A stretch of DNA of 64,000 bases from Vulcanimicrobiota bacterium (lineage in GTDB: Bacteria > Vulcanimicrobiota > Xenobia > Xenobiales > JADMJV01). Numbering within the stretch: position 1 is the stretch's first letter; the number at the start of each line of letters is the position of its first letter. Where the stretch lies: assembly GCA_050250895.1 (NCBI GenBank), contig JBFWNU010000006.1, positions 151,513-215,512 on the forward strand. Reading direction: 5' to 3'. Positions 49,009 to 58,967 of this stretch are shown here, piece after piece. The notes below the pieces were generated by a model, which worked only from the letters and a program-made list of their open reading frames with translations, did no database searches and had not been told where the DNA came from. The position numbers and the translations under genes were made by a program.

Positions 49009-49230
49009 TTGTCAAAAAAGGAAGAGGCCATTGAGGTTGAAGGCACTGTTGTCCAGGCCTTCCCCAACGCTCGATTCTCAGTCGAGCTGCCCAACGGACA
49101 CACCATTCTGGCCCACGTGTCCGGAAAGATTCGCCGCCACTTCATTCGAATTTTGCCCGGCGACAAGGTCACGGTCGAGCTTTCCCCCTACGACCTGACC
49201 AGGGGACGGATTACATACCGTTACAAGTAA
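49009..49230 (+). CDS. infA: Translation initiation factor IF-1
   Basis: [37 protein letters not shown]. Confidence 0.98.
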   Translation: MSKKEEAIEVEGTVVQAFPNARFSVELPNGHTILAHVSGKIRRHFIRILPGDKVTVELSPYDLTRGRITYRYK

Positions 49231-49240
49231 AGATTTGAGG

Positions 49241-49280
49241 AAGAGTCCGGCCCGCTTCGAGCGAAACGGCCGGTCTTTTT
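49241..49280 (+). terminator. Probable intrinsic terminator after infA
   Basis: Imperfect stem AAGAGTCCGGCC...GGCCGGTCTT followed by a T run. Confidence 0.6.
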
Positions 49281-49305
49281 ATTAGTGAAGCCAGAGGTTG
49301 AAGAA

Positions 49306-50517
49306 ATGCGTATTCTGCTTGCCGACAAGTTGGATTCTCAAGCCATCGAAGGGTTCAAGGCCCTGCCCGGAGCCCAGGTAGAGAATCGTCCTGAACTCAG
49401 TGACGCGGATCTGCCGGCTCACCTGGGCGGGGTGGATATTCTGGTGGTGCGCTCTACCAAGGTCACCGCCCAGGCCCTGGGTTCAGCCGATCGCCTCGGC
49501 CTCATTATTCGAGCCGGGGCCGGGGTCAACACCATCGACGTCAAGACCGCCTCGGAACGGGGTATCTATGTGGCCAATTGTCCCGGCAAGAACGCCGTGG
49601 CGGTGGCCGAGCTGGCCCTGGGATTGATGCTGGCGCTGGACCGGCATCTCGCTTGCGGAGTCGCCGAGCTGCGGGCCGGACGCTGGAACAAGAAGCGCTT
49701 TTCCAAAGCCCGAGGCATCAAAGGGTCGACGGTGGGCGTGATCGGCACCGGTTCCATCGGACAAGCCGTCATTGACCGCCTCAAGGGCTTCGAAGTGAAC
49801 ATCCTGGCCTGGTCGCGGTCGCTGACCGCCGAGCGAGCCACCGAGATGGGCGTCGAAGCCGTCACCGACTTGCTCGAACTGGCTCGTCGTTGCGACATCG
49901 TGACGATCCACGTAGCCCTGACCCCCGACACCCGGGGCATGCTGGGAGAGAACTTTTTCGAGCACCTCAACCCGGGTGACTATTTCATCAACACCTCCCG
50001 CGCCGAAGTGGTCGACAGCCAGGCGCTGCTGGCGGCGCTCGAACGCGGGGTTCGCGCCGGGCTCGATGTCTTCGACAATGAGCCCGGGGGCGGTCCGGTC
50101 GACTTTGACGATCCCATCGCCCGGCACGCCAATTGCTATGGCTCCCACCACGTCGGGGCTTCGACCACCGAGTCCGAAACCGCCACCGGCGCGGAAGCGG
50201 TGCGGGTGGCGGCCGCCTTCGTGGCCGGCGACACGGTGCCTAATTGCGTCAATCTACGGGCGACTCCCCCCGACTGCCATGCCGTGGTGGTGCGTCACCA
50301 GGATCGCGTTGGTGTTCTGGCCGGCATTTTCAAAGCTCTCAAAGAGGCGGGTCTCAACGTGCAAGAGATGGAGAACAAAGTCTTCGAGGGTGCCAAAGCG
50401 GCCTCGGCCCGCATCCTTCTCGATAATCCCCCCAGCGAAGCTGTACTCGGCCGGTTGGCCCAATGTGACGGAGTTCTCCACGTGAGCGGTTCGGCCCCTT
50501 CGCCGGCCGGAGTCTAG
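49306..50517 (+). CDS. serA: D-3-phosphoglycerate dehydrogenase-like 2-hydroxyacid dehydrogenase with an ACT domain
   Basis: RAGAGVNTID, GTGSIG, INTSR, DVFDNEP, HHVGAST, ACT segment HQDRVGVLA. Confidence 0.8.
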   Translation: MRILLADKLDSQAIEGFKALPGAQVENRPELSDADLPAHLGGVDILVVRSTKVTAQALGSADRLGLIIRAGAGVNTIDVKTASERGIYVANCPGKNAVAVAELALGLMLALDRHLACGVAELRAGRWNKKRFSKARGIKGSTVGVIGTGSIGQAVIDRLKGFEVNILAWSRSLTAERATEMGVEAVTDLLELARRCDIVTIHVALTPDTRGMLGENFFEHLNPGDYFINTSRAEVVDSQALLAALERGVRAGLDVFDNEPGGGPVDFDDPIARHANCYGSHHVGASTTESETATGAEAVRVAAAFVAGDTVPNCVNLRATPPDCHAVVVRHQDRVGVLAGIFKALKEAGLNVQEMENKVFEGAKAASARILLDNPPSEAVLGRLAQCDGVLHVSGSAPSPAGV

Positions 50518-50786
50518 ACAGACAGCTGCTCGACCCGGCCCTTGCACCAACTCCTGCGTGGTAGCCATCGGCTGCAGGAGGGGGACCGGCTCGAGAAGAA
50601 ACGGCTCGGGCAATCCGCCAGCCGCATTCGCGTGTTGGTGCGGGCCGGTCTCGAAGAACGCCTCTTGAGCGACCCCGAGACCGGGCGGGCCCTGCGTTGT
50701 CCCGGCTCGTCGCTCGATTCGATTGTCGAGTTTTTCGTGGCGAGATCCCCAATATTGCGGGAGAAAAACAAGAGAGGTAGCTGTCT

Positions 50787-51920
50787 ATGATTATCCACGA
50801 GTACCAGGGCAAAGAGCTCCTGGCCAAGATGGGGGTCCCGATTCCCGGCGGCAAGGTCGCCCATACACCCGAAGAGGCCGAGGCCATCACCGCCAAACTC
50901 GGCAAGAAAGTGGCCATCAAAGCCCAGGTCCACGTCGGAGGCCGCGGCAAAGCCGGCGGGATCAAATTGGCCGACTCGGCCGCCGAAGCCCGCCAGAAGG
51001 CTGGCGAGATCATCGGCATGGACATCAAAGGTCTGAAGGTCCACAAGGTGCTGGTAGAAGAGGCCATCGAGATCGAGAAAGAATACTATCTAGGCATCAC
51101 CCTCGACCGCTCCAAAGGCGCCCACGTCATCATGTTCAGTCCGATGGGGGGGGTCGACATCGAGCAGGTCGCTGAAGAGCACCCCGATCAGATCGCTCGC
51201 ATTCACACCTCTCCCCAGCGCGGTTTGCTCGACCACCACGTGCGGGCCGTGATGTACGCCTTCGATGTGCCCGATCAACAGCGTAAGGATCTGGGTCGAT
51301 TCGTCAAGACCCTGTACGCACTCTATACCAGCTATGATTGCACCATCGCCGAGATCAACCCGCTGGTGGTGACCAAAGACGGCCGCATGCTGGCCGCTGA
51401 CGCGAAGGTCAACTTCGACGCCAATGCCCTCTTCCGGCATCCGGACCTCGAGGCCATGGCCGAGGTCGCTGAGGAAGATCCCCTCGAGGTCAAAGCCAAG
51501 GAGCACGGTCTGGCCTACGTTCGCCTGGACGGCGAAGTCGGGATTATCGGAAATGGCGCCGGTCTGGTGATGGGCACTCTCGACATGGTCAGCCGGGTCG
51601 GCGGCAAGCCGGCCAATTTCCTCGACGTAGGAGGCGGCGCCTCGGCCAAGGTGGTCACCACCTCTCTGGATCTGGTGATGTCAGACCCCAACGTCAAAGG
51701 CGTTCTCTTTAATATCTTCGGTGGCATCACACGCGGAGATGAAGTCGCCAAAGGCATCGTAGAAGGCACTCGGGTCCTCAAGCTAGAGAAGCCGCTGGTC
51801 ATCCGCCTGGCGGGCACCAACGAGGAAGAAGGCCGAGCCATCCTTAACGAGGCCGGCATCCAGACCGCCGCCACCATGGAAGAGGCGGCCCGCAAAATCG
51901 TGGAATTGACCAGGGCTTAG
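50787..51920 (+). CDS. sucC: Succinyl-CoA synthetase beta subunit
   Basis: [49 protein letters not shown]. Confidence 0.97.
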   Translation: MIIHEYQGKELLAKMGVPIPGGKVAHTPEEAEAITAKLGKKVAIKAQVHVGGRGKAGGIKLADSAAEARQKAGEIIGMDIKGLKVHKVLVEEAIEIEKEYYLGITLDRSKGAHVIMFSPMGGVDIEQVAEEHPDQIARIHTSPQRGLLDHHVRAVMYAFDVPDQQRKDLGRFVKTLYALYTSYDCTIAEINPLVVTKDGRMLAADAKVNFDANALFRHPDLEAMAEVAEEDPLEVKAKEHGLAYVRLDGEVGIIGNGAGLVMGTLDMVSRVGGKPANFLDVGGGASAKVVTTSLDLVMSDPNVKGVLFNIFGGITRGDEVAKGIVEGTRVLKLEKPLVIRLAGTNEEEGRAILNEAGIQTAATMEEAARKIVELTRA

Positions 51921-51933
51921 GAGATACGCAGAC

Positions 51934-52812
51934 ATGAGCATCATTATCGACAAAAACACTAAAGTTATCGTCCAGGGCATCACCGGCAAGGAAGGGGCTT
52001 TCCATACCCGCCAGATGCTCGACTACGGCACCAAAGTGGTGGGCGGAGTGACGCCCGGCAAGGGAGGCCAGCAGGTTCACGGTCTACCGGTGTTCAACAC
52101 CGTTCGCCAGGCCGTCAAGCAGACCGGCGCCACCGCCTCGGTCATCTTCGTGCCCGCTGCCTTTGCGGCCGATGCCGTCTCGGAGGCTGCCAACGCCGGC
52201 GTCGAGACGGTGGTTTGCATCACCGAAGGCGTGCCGATCAACGACATGGTGATCGTTCGCGACGAAGTCGTGCGGATGGGCGTGCGCCTGATCGGTCCCA
52301 ATTGCCCGGGAATCATCACCCCCGGCGAATGCAAGATCGGCATCATGCCGGGCAACATCTTCTCTTCTGGCCCGGTGGGCCTGATCTCGCGCAGCGGCAC
52401 CCTGACCTATCAGGCCGTCGACGAACTAACCCGCGCCGGTCTGGGCCAGTCCACCTGCGTCGGCATCGGCGGTGACCCGGTGCTGGGGACCTACTTCCGG
52501 GACGTGCTCGAGATGTTCGCTGCGGATCCCAAGACCAAAGGCGTGGTGCTCATCGGCGAGATCGGCGGCAGCGCCGAGGAAGAAGCGGCCGCGCTACTGG
52601 CCGACCTCAAGCTGCCCACGGTGGCCATGATCGCCGGCCGCACCGCCCCTCCTGGTAAGCGCATGGGCCACGCCGGCGCCATCGTGTCGGGCTCGAGCGG
52701 CACGGCCGCGGCCAAAGTGGCGGCTTTCGAAGCCGTCGGCATCGCCGTGCCCGAGACCACCGAGGGCATGGTAGCCGAAATCAAAAAGATCCTCCAAGCC
52801 GCCGCCGTCTAG
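51934..52812 (+). CDS. sucD: Succinyl-CoA synthetase alpha subunit
   Basis: [31 protein letters not shown]. Confidence 0.97.
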   Translation: MSIIIDKNTKVIVQGITGKEGAFHTRQMLDYGTKVVGGVTPGKGGQQVHGLPVFNTVRQAVKQTGATASVIFVPAAFAADAVSEAANAGVETVVCITEGVPINDMVIVRDEVVRMGVRLIGPNCPGIITPGECKIGIMPGNIFSSGPVGLISRSGTLTYQAVDELTRAGLGQSTCVGIGGDPVLGTYFRDVLEMFAADPKTKGVVLIGEIGGSAEEEAAALLADLKLPTVAMIAGRTAPPGKRMGHAGAIVSGSSGTAAAKVAAFEAVGIAVPETTEGMVAEIKKILQAAAV

Positions 52813-52815
52813 GGG

Positions 52816-52965
52816 GCGGCCTTCGGCCGGGAGAAGCTCTCGCTTTGCTCGCGGGAAAAGGAGCGGCCCTGCGGGCCGGGGGAAGGAGCGAACTGAGCTG
52901 TCGCTCAGTTCGGGAGGAGCTATGCCGCTCTTCTCCGCGCGGAGCGCACGGCTCCTTCTCCAGCG
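52816..52965. repeat. Cluster of short REP-like palindromes between the convergent sucD and potC genes
   Basis: CGGCCTTCGGCCG, CGGCCCTGCGGGCCG, CGAACTGAGC-TGTC-GCTCAGTTCG (52889-52912), CTCCGCGCGGAG. Confidence 0.6.
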
Positions 52966-53027
52966 GCGTCAGCCGCTCTCCTTGTCGACGCGCAGCGTCG
53001 AAGTCTCAGCCGTAGGGCTGCTCCCTG

Positions 53028-53798
53028 TCAGCGGCGTGAGCCGCCCAGCTTCTCCCAGGCCAACAAAGCCGTCAGGGTCACTGCCAGGGTCAGCGTCGAA
53101 ATGGCGTTGAGCTCGGGGGTGACCCCGAACTTTAGCATGGAGTAGATCTCCAGCGGTAGCGTGCCCGAGCCGATGCCGGCGGTGAAGAAGGTGACCACGA
53201 AGTCGTCGAACGACAGAGTGAAGGCCAACAGCCCTCCCGAGAGCACGCCAGGCAGGATGCGGGGAAAGGTGACCAGCCAGAAGACCTGCCAGGGAGTGGC
53301 TCCCAGGTCGGCCGCCGCTTCCTCTACCGAGAGGTCCATTCCGGCCAGGCGGCTGCGGATGGCGGCCGTGGCGTAGCCGATCGAGAGCGCAATGTGGGCG
53401 GCGATGACGGTGCCGATCGAGAGCTGGACCCCCAGCCCTACAAAGAAGGTTAGCAGCGAGGTACCCATTACGATCTCGGGGATGGCCAGGGGCAGATAGA
53501 TCAGGGTGCTCACGGCCCGCTGGCCCTGGAAGCGATAGCGAGTCAGTGCCATGGCGGCCAGGGTGGCGAAGATGGTGGCCACCAGGCTCGAGATGAGGCC
53601 GACCTTGAGGCTGTTGAGCAGGGCCCGCTGGAGTTCGATGTTGTCCAGCAGGCTGCCGTACCACTTGAAAGTGAAGCCTTTCCAGACGACATTGCGTTTG
53701 TCGTCATTGAAGCTAAACGCCACCAGCACCAGCACCGGCAGATACAAGAAAAGATAGACCAGGCCGCAATGGATTTTGAGATAGGCCGGAGTCTTCAC
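53028..53798 (-). CDS. potC: Spermidine/putrescine ABC permease
   Basis: FLYLPV, EEAAADLGA, SFDDFVVTFF, TPELNAIS. Confidence 0.9.
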   Translation of the reverse strand: MKTPAYLKIHCGLVYLFLYLPVLVLVAFSFNDDKRNVVWKGFTFKWYGSLLDNIELQRALLNSLKVGLISSLVATIFATLAAMALTRYRFQGQRAVSTLIYLPLAIPEIVMGTSLLTFFVGLGVQLSIGTVIAAHIALSIGYATAAIRSRLAGMDLSVEEAAADLGATPWQVFWLVTFPRILPGVLSGGLLAFTLSFDDFVVTFFTAGIGSGTLPLEIYSMLKFGVTPELNAISTLTLAVTLTALLAWEKLGGSRR

Positions 53799-54637
53799 GC
53801 GTCGAGTTCTCCCAGCGTGTTATAGGCCATCACCCCGACCGCCATCAGAACGATCAATACTAGCGAAAGGGCCGAGCCGAAAGGCCAGTCGAAGAGGCCC
53901 AGATACTGCTGCTGGATGAGATTGCCGATCATCTGGGTGTCGGGGCCACCTAGCAGGTCGGGGGTGACGAAGTCGCCCATGGCCGGCACGAAGGTCAGCA
54001 GGCTGCCGGCCACCACTCCCGGCAGGGATAGAGGCAGAATGACGGTCCAGAAAGTCTTGAAGCTGGAGGCTCCGAGGTCTACGGCAGCATCGAGCAGGCT
54101 GCGATCAAGATGCTCGAGAGCTACGTAGATGGGCAGGGTGGCAAAAGGGAGCAAAGCATAGGTCAGACCGAGCACCACTGCGCCCGGGGTGTTGAGCATC
54201 TGGATCGGTTCTGTGACCAGTCCGAGGCTCAGCAACAGGCTGTTGAGCAGGCCCTCGGTTTGAAGCAAAGTCATCCAGGCGTAGGTGCGCACCAGATATG
54301 AGGTCCAGAAAGGCAGCATGATCAAGATCAACAGGGTCGAGCGTCGTTTGCCTCCGTAGAGGGCGATGGTGTAGGCCAGCGGATAACCTAGCAGTAGACA
54401 GAGCACGGTGGTGAGGCCGGCGTAGAGGACCGAGCGCAGCAAAGTGGGCAGATAGTCGACGGAAAGGGCACGCTGGTAGTTGCTGAGGGTCCAGCTCGAA
54501 AGAATCTCGTATTCGTCCGACATCGGGTGTAGACTCTGCAGAACCACGGTCAAGAGCGGACCCAGCACGAAGCAGACGTTCCACAGCAAAAATGGCGCCA
54601 GGAGCAGCCAGGGAGCCCAACGTTTGGTGATCTTCAC
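53795..54637 (-). CDS. potB: Spermidine/putrescine ABC permease
   Basis: LPFWTSYLVRTYAW, DAAVDLGA, DLLGG, DWPFGSA; GTGA overlap with potD. Confidence 0.9.
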   Translation of the reverse strand: MKITKRWAPWLLLAPFLLWNVCFVLGPLLTVVLQSLHPMSDEYEILSSWTLSNYQRALSVDYLPTLLRSVLYAGLTTVLCLLLGYPLAYTIALYGGKRRSTLLILIMLPFWTSYLVRTYAWMTLLQTEGLLNSLLLSLGLVTEPIQMLNTPGAVVLGLTYALLPFATLPIYVALEHLDRSLLDAAVDLGASSFKTFWTVILPLSLPGVVAGSLLTFVPAMGDFVTPDLLGGPDTQMIGNLIQQQYLGLFDWPFGSALSLVLIVLMAVGVMAYNTLGELDA

Positions 54638-55662
54638 AGCTTCACCTCGCCCCAGATACGGTCCCACTGTCGCTCCGCCGGTCCGATGTCGGCCTGATAG
54701 GCCAGGCGCTCGATGAGGTCGGTTGGAGGAAAGCCCAGCGGCGAGTCGATAAGTTCGGGCCGCACCAACGCTTTGGAGGCCACGACAGGGTTGGCGTAGC
54801 CCACTTTGTCGGTGATGGCGGCGGCCACCTGGGGCTCGGCCAGATAGGCCAGAAACTGATGGGCCGCCTCGGGATGCGGGGCGGTCTTGGGGATCACCAG
54901 GCTGTCGACGAAGAGAAAGCTGCCCTCTTTAGGCACGAAGTAGTCGATATCAGGGTTGGCGTCGCGCGCTTGCGAGACGTCACCGCTCCAGCCCAGAGCG
55001 GCCCACGTCTCGCCCCGGACCAGGTCGTCGGTGAAGTCCGAGGTGTAGCGTCGCACCAGCGGGCGCTGCTCGAGCAGGGCTCGTTTCGCTTGCTCGAGTT
55101 CTTTCGGCTCGGTGCTGTTGCCCGAGAAGCCCTCGCGAAAGAGCGCCATGCCGATGGCGTCACGCTTCTCGTCGAGAATGGTGATGCGTCGGCGCAGGCT
55201 CTCGTCCCAGAGCAAGTTCCAGGAGGTCCCCGGATTCTTGATCTTGCTCTTGTTGTAGGCGATCCCGGTCGTGCCCCAGAGATAAGGAACGCAGTAGCGC
55301 TGCTCGGGATCCCAGGGCGGGGCCAGCAGGCCGGGCATATAACCCGAGAGGTCGGGCTTGGGGTCGATTTCGGCCAACAAGCCCTGGCGGATCATTCTCC
55401 GGACCATATAGTCGGGCGCCACCACCAGGTCATAGCCGGTCACACCGATTTTGAGCTTGGCATACATCACATCGGCTGACGAGAATTCCTCGTAATTGAC
55501 GCGGATGCCGGTCCGCTGCTCGAAATCGGGAATGGTCGAGTCGGCCACAAACTTGGACCAGTTATAGAAATTGAGAACCTTGCTCTGGGAATCAAGGCAG
55601 GCAAGGGTGCTCAGCCCGGCCCCGCAGACCAGGAACTTGAGAAAGCTACGTCTGCGGATCAT
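54634..55662 (-). CDS. potD: Spermidine/putrescine-binding protein (Tat lipoprotein-like signal)
   Basis: RRSFLK signal, FYNWS, PYLWGTTGIAYN, WSGD, PKEG. Confidence 0.9.
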   Translation of the reverse strand: MIRRRSFLKFLVCGAGLSTLACLDSQSKVLNFYNWSKFVADSTIPDFEQRTGIRVNYEEFSSADVMYAKLKIGVTGYDLVVAPDYMVRRMIRQGLLAEIDPKPDLSGYMPGLLAPPWDPEQRYCVPYLWGTTGIAYNKSKIKNPGTSWNLLWDESLRRRITILDEKRDAIGMALFREGFSGNSTEPKELEQAKRALLEQRPLVRRYTSDFTDDLVRGETWAALGWSGDVSQARDANPDIDYFVPKEGSFLFVDSLVIPKTAPHPEAAHQFLAYLAEPQVAAAITDKVGYANPVVASKALVRPELIDSPLGFPPTDLIERLAYQADIGPAERQWDRIWGEVKL

Positions 55663-56738
55663 TCGTCGCCGTGGAGTAGAGAACCGCTGGTGGGATCCCA
55701 GGAGATATAGACTTCACCGTCGCCGGGACCGGCGTCGCTGGAGAGGTGTTCGGCCACGATGGTCTGACCACCCTCGATCTCGACCGTCTGGCGAGTCACG
55801 GGGCCAAGAAAGGACGTCTCGAGAACCCGGCCTTTGAGGTGATTGGACGCCTCTGGGCCGGGCTTTTCGGCCAGGGTCACGCGTTCGGGTCTCAGGGCCA
55901 GTTCACAGTGGTCGCCACGGGTAAACCCGTTGCGTAAGGGGACACGTAACTGGCCGCCAGCGAAGTCGACGGTGGCCTGGCCATTGTCGACCGCCAGGAT
56001 CCTGACCGGCAGCAGGTTCACCTCTCCGATGAACTCGGCCACGAAGCGGTTCTCAGGGTTGTCGTAGAGGTCGCGGGGAGAGCACACCTGCTGAAGTTTG
56101 CCCGCGCGGAGCACCGCCACCCGGTCAGACATGGTCAGGGCCTCTTCCTGGTCATGGGTGACCAGTACGAAAGTGATGCCGACCTCGCGTTGGAGCTGCT
56201 TGAGTTCGCGCCGCATGTCTTTGCGTAGTTGGGAATCGAGAGCGCCCATCGGTTCGTCGAGCAACAACACCTCGGGACGGTTCACCAGGGCTCGGGCTAG
56301 CGCGACCCGTTGCTTTTGGCCGCCCGAGAGCTGGCTGATGCGGCGTTTACCATATTCCTCCAGGCGCACCAGGCCCAGGGCTTCGGTGGTGCGCCGATTC
56401 AATTCGGAGGCTTTGACGCCCTGGCGACGCAACCCGAAGGCGACATTCTCGAAGACGTTCAGGTGAGGAAACAGGGCGTAGTTCTGGAAGACGGTGTTGA
56501 CATTGCGTCGATAGGCGGGCACGCCACTCATCTTCTCGCCAGCAATGTAGATCTCGCCCTCGCTGGGTTCTTCGAACCCGGCGATCATTCTGAGGGTGGT
56601 CGTCTTGCCGCAGCCCGACGGCCCGAGCAAAGAAAAAAACTCTCCTCGGCCGATCTCGAGGTTGAGCTTGGAAACAGCGATGGTATTCTGGTCGAAGCGC
56701 TTGACGATGCCGTCAAGACGGACAGCCGGTTTGTCCAA
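55659..56738 (-). CDS. potA: Spermidine/putrescine ABC ATPase
   Basis: GPSGCGKTT, VNTVFQNYALFPHL, LSGGQKQRVALARA, TOBE C-terminus. Confidence 0.93.
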   Translation of the reverse strand: MDKPAVRLDGIVKRFDQNTIAVSKLNLEIGRGEFFSLLGPSGCGKTTTLRMIAGFEEPSEGEIYIAGEKMSGVPAYRRNVNTVFQNYALFPHLNVFENVAFGLRRQGVKASELNRRTTEALGLVRLEEYGKRRISQLSGGQKQRVALARALVNRPEVLLLDEPMGALDSQLRKDMRRELKQLQREVGITFVLVTHDQEEALTMSDRVAVLRAGKLQQVCSPRDLYDNPENRFVAEFIGEVNLLPVRILAVDNGQATVDFAGGQLRVPLRNGFTRGDHCELALRPERVTLAEKPGPEASNHLKGRVLETSFLGPVTRQTVEIEGGQTIVAEHLSSDAGPGDGEVYISWDPTSGSLLHGDE

Positions 56739-56776
56739 TCATTCGTCCTCCTACGGTTCGATGGCGACGTTCTTTG

Positions 56777-58525
56777 TCAGGAAAGTCGCTTCCTGGCAAA
56801 TTCCGCCAGAGGCTTCGGCAATTTCCGAGAATCTTCCCAGAACGCCGCCAGCATCTCTTCGAAATGCTGCTTCAACCATAGAATTCTCAAATGAAACTGA
56901 CGGTCCTCCAGGATTTCGAAACGAGCTGGATCGCAGGTCAGGCCGCTGGCCGAGACGACCGCCACCGCACCGGGGCAACCCAGGTCCACGATCTTGGATT
57001 TCATGAGCACTCCCGACTTCACGAAGACGACTCGACCAGGTCCGCTGAGGCTGGCGGGAATGGTCAGAATGGCAAAACAAGCTAAAGGATGAGATTGATC
57101 GAGTCTGGGTAGTTCGAAACTCAGGTGGGGGAGGCGGCTTTTGGACACCACCAGGCCGCTGGACAGATCGAGATTACCGGGACGCTCCACTTGAACAATG
57201 AACGACTTCCCGGCCGTGCCGGGAGGGCTCGGCGGGAGGCTGCTCAGTCCGCCCAGATAATAGATAGTGGCGCGTCGCTCGGAGGGGGCTGGACCCATCA
57301 GCAGATCGGCGTGCGCGGCCCGCGGAACCAGATAGCGTTCCACCAGGCTAAAGCGCCTGGAGACTGACAGCGACAAGATGTCGTCGAGATAGCCGTCGGG
57401 CGAGAATTGTTCGACCGTGGGCGAGAAGAGGTGGCGGCCGTCGAAGCGGATACGAAGGGGCGCGAAGCGACAGCGTTCCGCCGCCCGATATTCGAGAGCC
57501 GCATGGTCGAGGCTGCGTCGGCTTCGCCCCAGGCTGGCCAGCAGTGAGCGGTCGGGCTGGCGCCGCACTGTCAGTCGACAGCCTTCGGGGATGGAACGGG
57601 GAGGGCGGTTGGCCTCGCCCATTCGCTCTTCTCCATTGGCGAAAAGCTGCAGGCTAGAAGAATGCTTGCGGTCCCAGCGCGTCCATTCAACGCAGAAGGG
57701 CTTCTCGGCGTGGGCTCCCCTGAGGCTCAGGATCAGGTCTCGCAGCGTGTCGGGCAGGTCGGTGAGTTCTCGCTTGGAGGGGCCGTCGTGGACCCACTCT
57801 CGCAGTTTGAGCAAGTGGACGGCGTTGAGGTCGGTGCTGTCGACGGTGAGTTCGAAGGCGTCGCGAGTGATCGACCAGTTGACCTGAGTGGCCTGGCCTT
57901 GATAGGCGGCCTGGACCAACTTGAGGGGATAGAGGGCAGGCTCCATGAGTTCGGTCCAGCTCGGGGTGTAGCTCAGAGGGCGTTCCTCGGCCAGCAACTC
58001 GGCTCGGTGCGTGGGGGGCAGTTTGCCGAAGTAGGCCTGACGAGAGCCCACCCCTTTGAGTTCGACCATCCCCGGTGGGCCAAAGTCGAGTTTGCAAGGC
58101 TGCCCCTCGAGTTCGTGGAAGAGTTCGCTGGTCATGGCCACTCCTTCGGGCGGGGCGGCCTCTTGCAGGCGCCTGGCCACCGAGAGAGTGTGACCTAGAA
58201 TGTCTCCGGCCGGAGTGATGCGCACCCGGCCGATGTGAGCCCCGTAGCGCAAACGCACCGCCCCGCTGGGGGCGTCGTTCTGGCGGGGGCACAGCTCGAG
58301 CAGGGCCACCACTGCCCGCAAGCAGTTGGCGGGATGTTCGAAGCTGCACCAGATGCAATCACCCTCTTTGCGGAAGAGGACCCCACCCAGTCGCGTAACG
58401 ATTGCGTCGACCTGGGCATAGAAGTCGATCAGAAAATCGATGAGAGCTTCCTGGTCTTGTCGCAATTTGCTCGAAAAGCCCACGATATCGCCGGTTAGTA
58501 TCGTTCGGGTCAGCCACTCGCCCAT
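56777..58525 (-). CDS. Class III adenylate/guanylate cyclase fused to a degenerate Hsp90-like region
   Basis: GDIVGFS, KEGD, LRYGAHIG, DILG...ARRLQ, ELKG. The C-terminal part resembles the N-terminal third of the 2344-7413 protein. Confidence 0.8.
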   Translation of the reverse strand: MGEWLTRTILTGDIVGFSSKLRQDQEALIDFLIDFYAQVDAIVTRLGGVLFRKEGDCIWCSFEHPANCLRAVVALLELCPRQNDAPSGAVRLRYGAHIGRVRITPAGDILGHTLSVARRLQEAAPPEGVAMTSELFHELEGQPCKLDFGPPGMVELKGVGSRQAYFGKLPPTHRAELLAEERPLSYTPSWTELMEPALYPLKLVQAAYQGQATQVNWSITRDAFELTVDSTDLNAVHLLKLREWVHDGPSKRELTDLPDTLRDLILSLRGAHAEKPFCVEWTRWDRKHSSSLQLFANGEERMGEANRPPRSIPEGCRLTVRRQPDRSLLASLGRSRRSLDHAALEYRAAERCRFAPLRIRFDGRHLFSPTVEQFSPDGYLDDILSLSVSRRFSLVERYLVPRAAHADLLMGPAPSERRATIYYLGGLSSLPPSPPGTAGKSFIVQVERPGNLDLSSGLVVSKSRLPHLSFELPRLDQSHPLACFAILTIPASLSGPGRVVFVKSGVLMKSKIVDLGCPGAVAVVSASGLTCDPARFEILEDRQFHLRILWLKQHFEEMLAAFWEDSRKLPKPLAEFARKRLS

Positions 58526-58654
58526 CGGAAGTAGTGTTCGATACCGCCGGGTGGGGCCCTGTCCGCTGCGCCGGCCCGAGAGATTGAAAATCCTTCAATC
58601 CCGCTTGAATACGATTCTTGGGCGGTCACCCTGAAGGAATCCTGAAAACAGGGG

Positions 58655-58683
58655 TTGTCAGCCCCAAAACGATGTGTTATACT
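58655..58683 (+). promoter_or_regulatory. Sigma70 promoter for the YqzL-like gene
   Basis: TTGTCA-N17-TATACT with an extended -10 TG. Confidence 0.75.
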
Positions 58684-58816
58684 GCGGTCGTTAAGCACGC
58701 TTAACAAGTCCTTCGTGGCGCGGCTGCGCTCTCCGATGTTGGCACGGGGGTGTTAGGGCCGAAGTTGAAGCGTGTGGCCTACATAGTCCAGTATCTTACT
58801 ACAGGAGGCTTAGCCT

Positions 58817-58915
58817 ATGAGCACGAGTTTGGACCTTTTTTGGGAACTTTTCAAAAACACCGGTTCCCCCGAAGCGTATCTTCTCTACAGAGAGACACTG
58901 GACACCGCCGAGTAA
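58817..58915 (+). CDS. YqzL-like small protein (32 aa, not in the ORF track)
   Basis: AGGAGG SD; MSTSLDLFWELFKNTGSPEAYLLYRETLDTAE matches the W-x2-F-x2-TG-x4-YLLY pattern. Confidence 0.8.
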   Translation: MSTSLDLFWELFKNTGSPEAYLLYRETLDTAE

Positions 58916-58936
58916 CACTGAACAACTAAAGATTTT

Positions 58937-58958
58937 GGCCCCGTCTTCGGGGCCTTTT
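58937..58958 (+). terminator. Intrinsic terminator after the YqzL-like gene
   Basis: GGCCCCG-TCTT-CGGGGCC-TTTT. Confidence 0.85.
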
Positions 58959-58967
58959 CATTTTCTT

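Noticed and set aside
50542-50790. 82-aa ORF between serA and sucC
   Set aside because: TTG start without an SD and no recognisable motif; cannot be supported as a gene.
58690-58816. 6S RNA or a named riboswitch
   Set aside because: Could not match it by eye to a known consensus; kept only as an uncharacterised leader.
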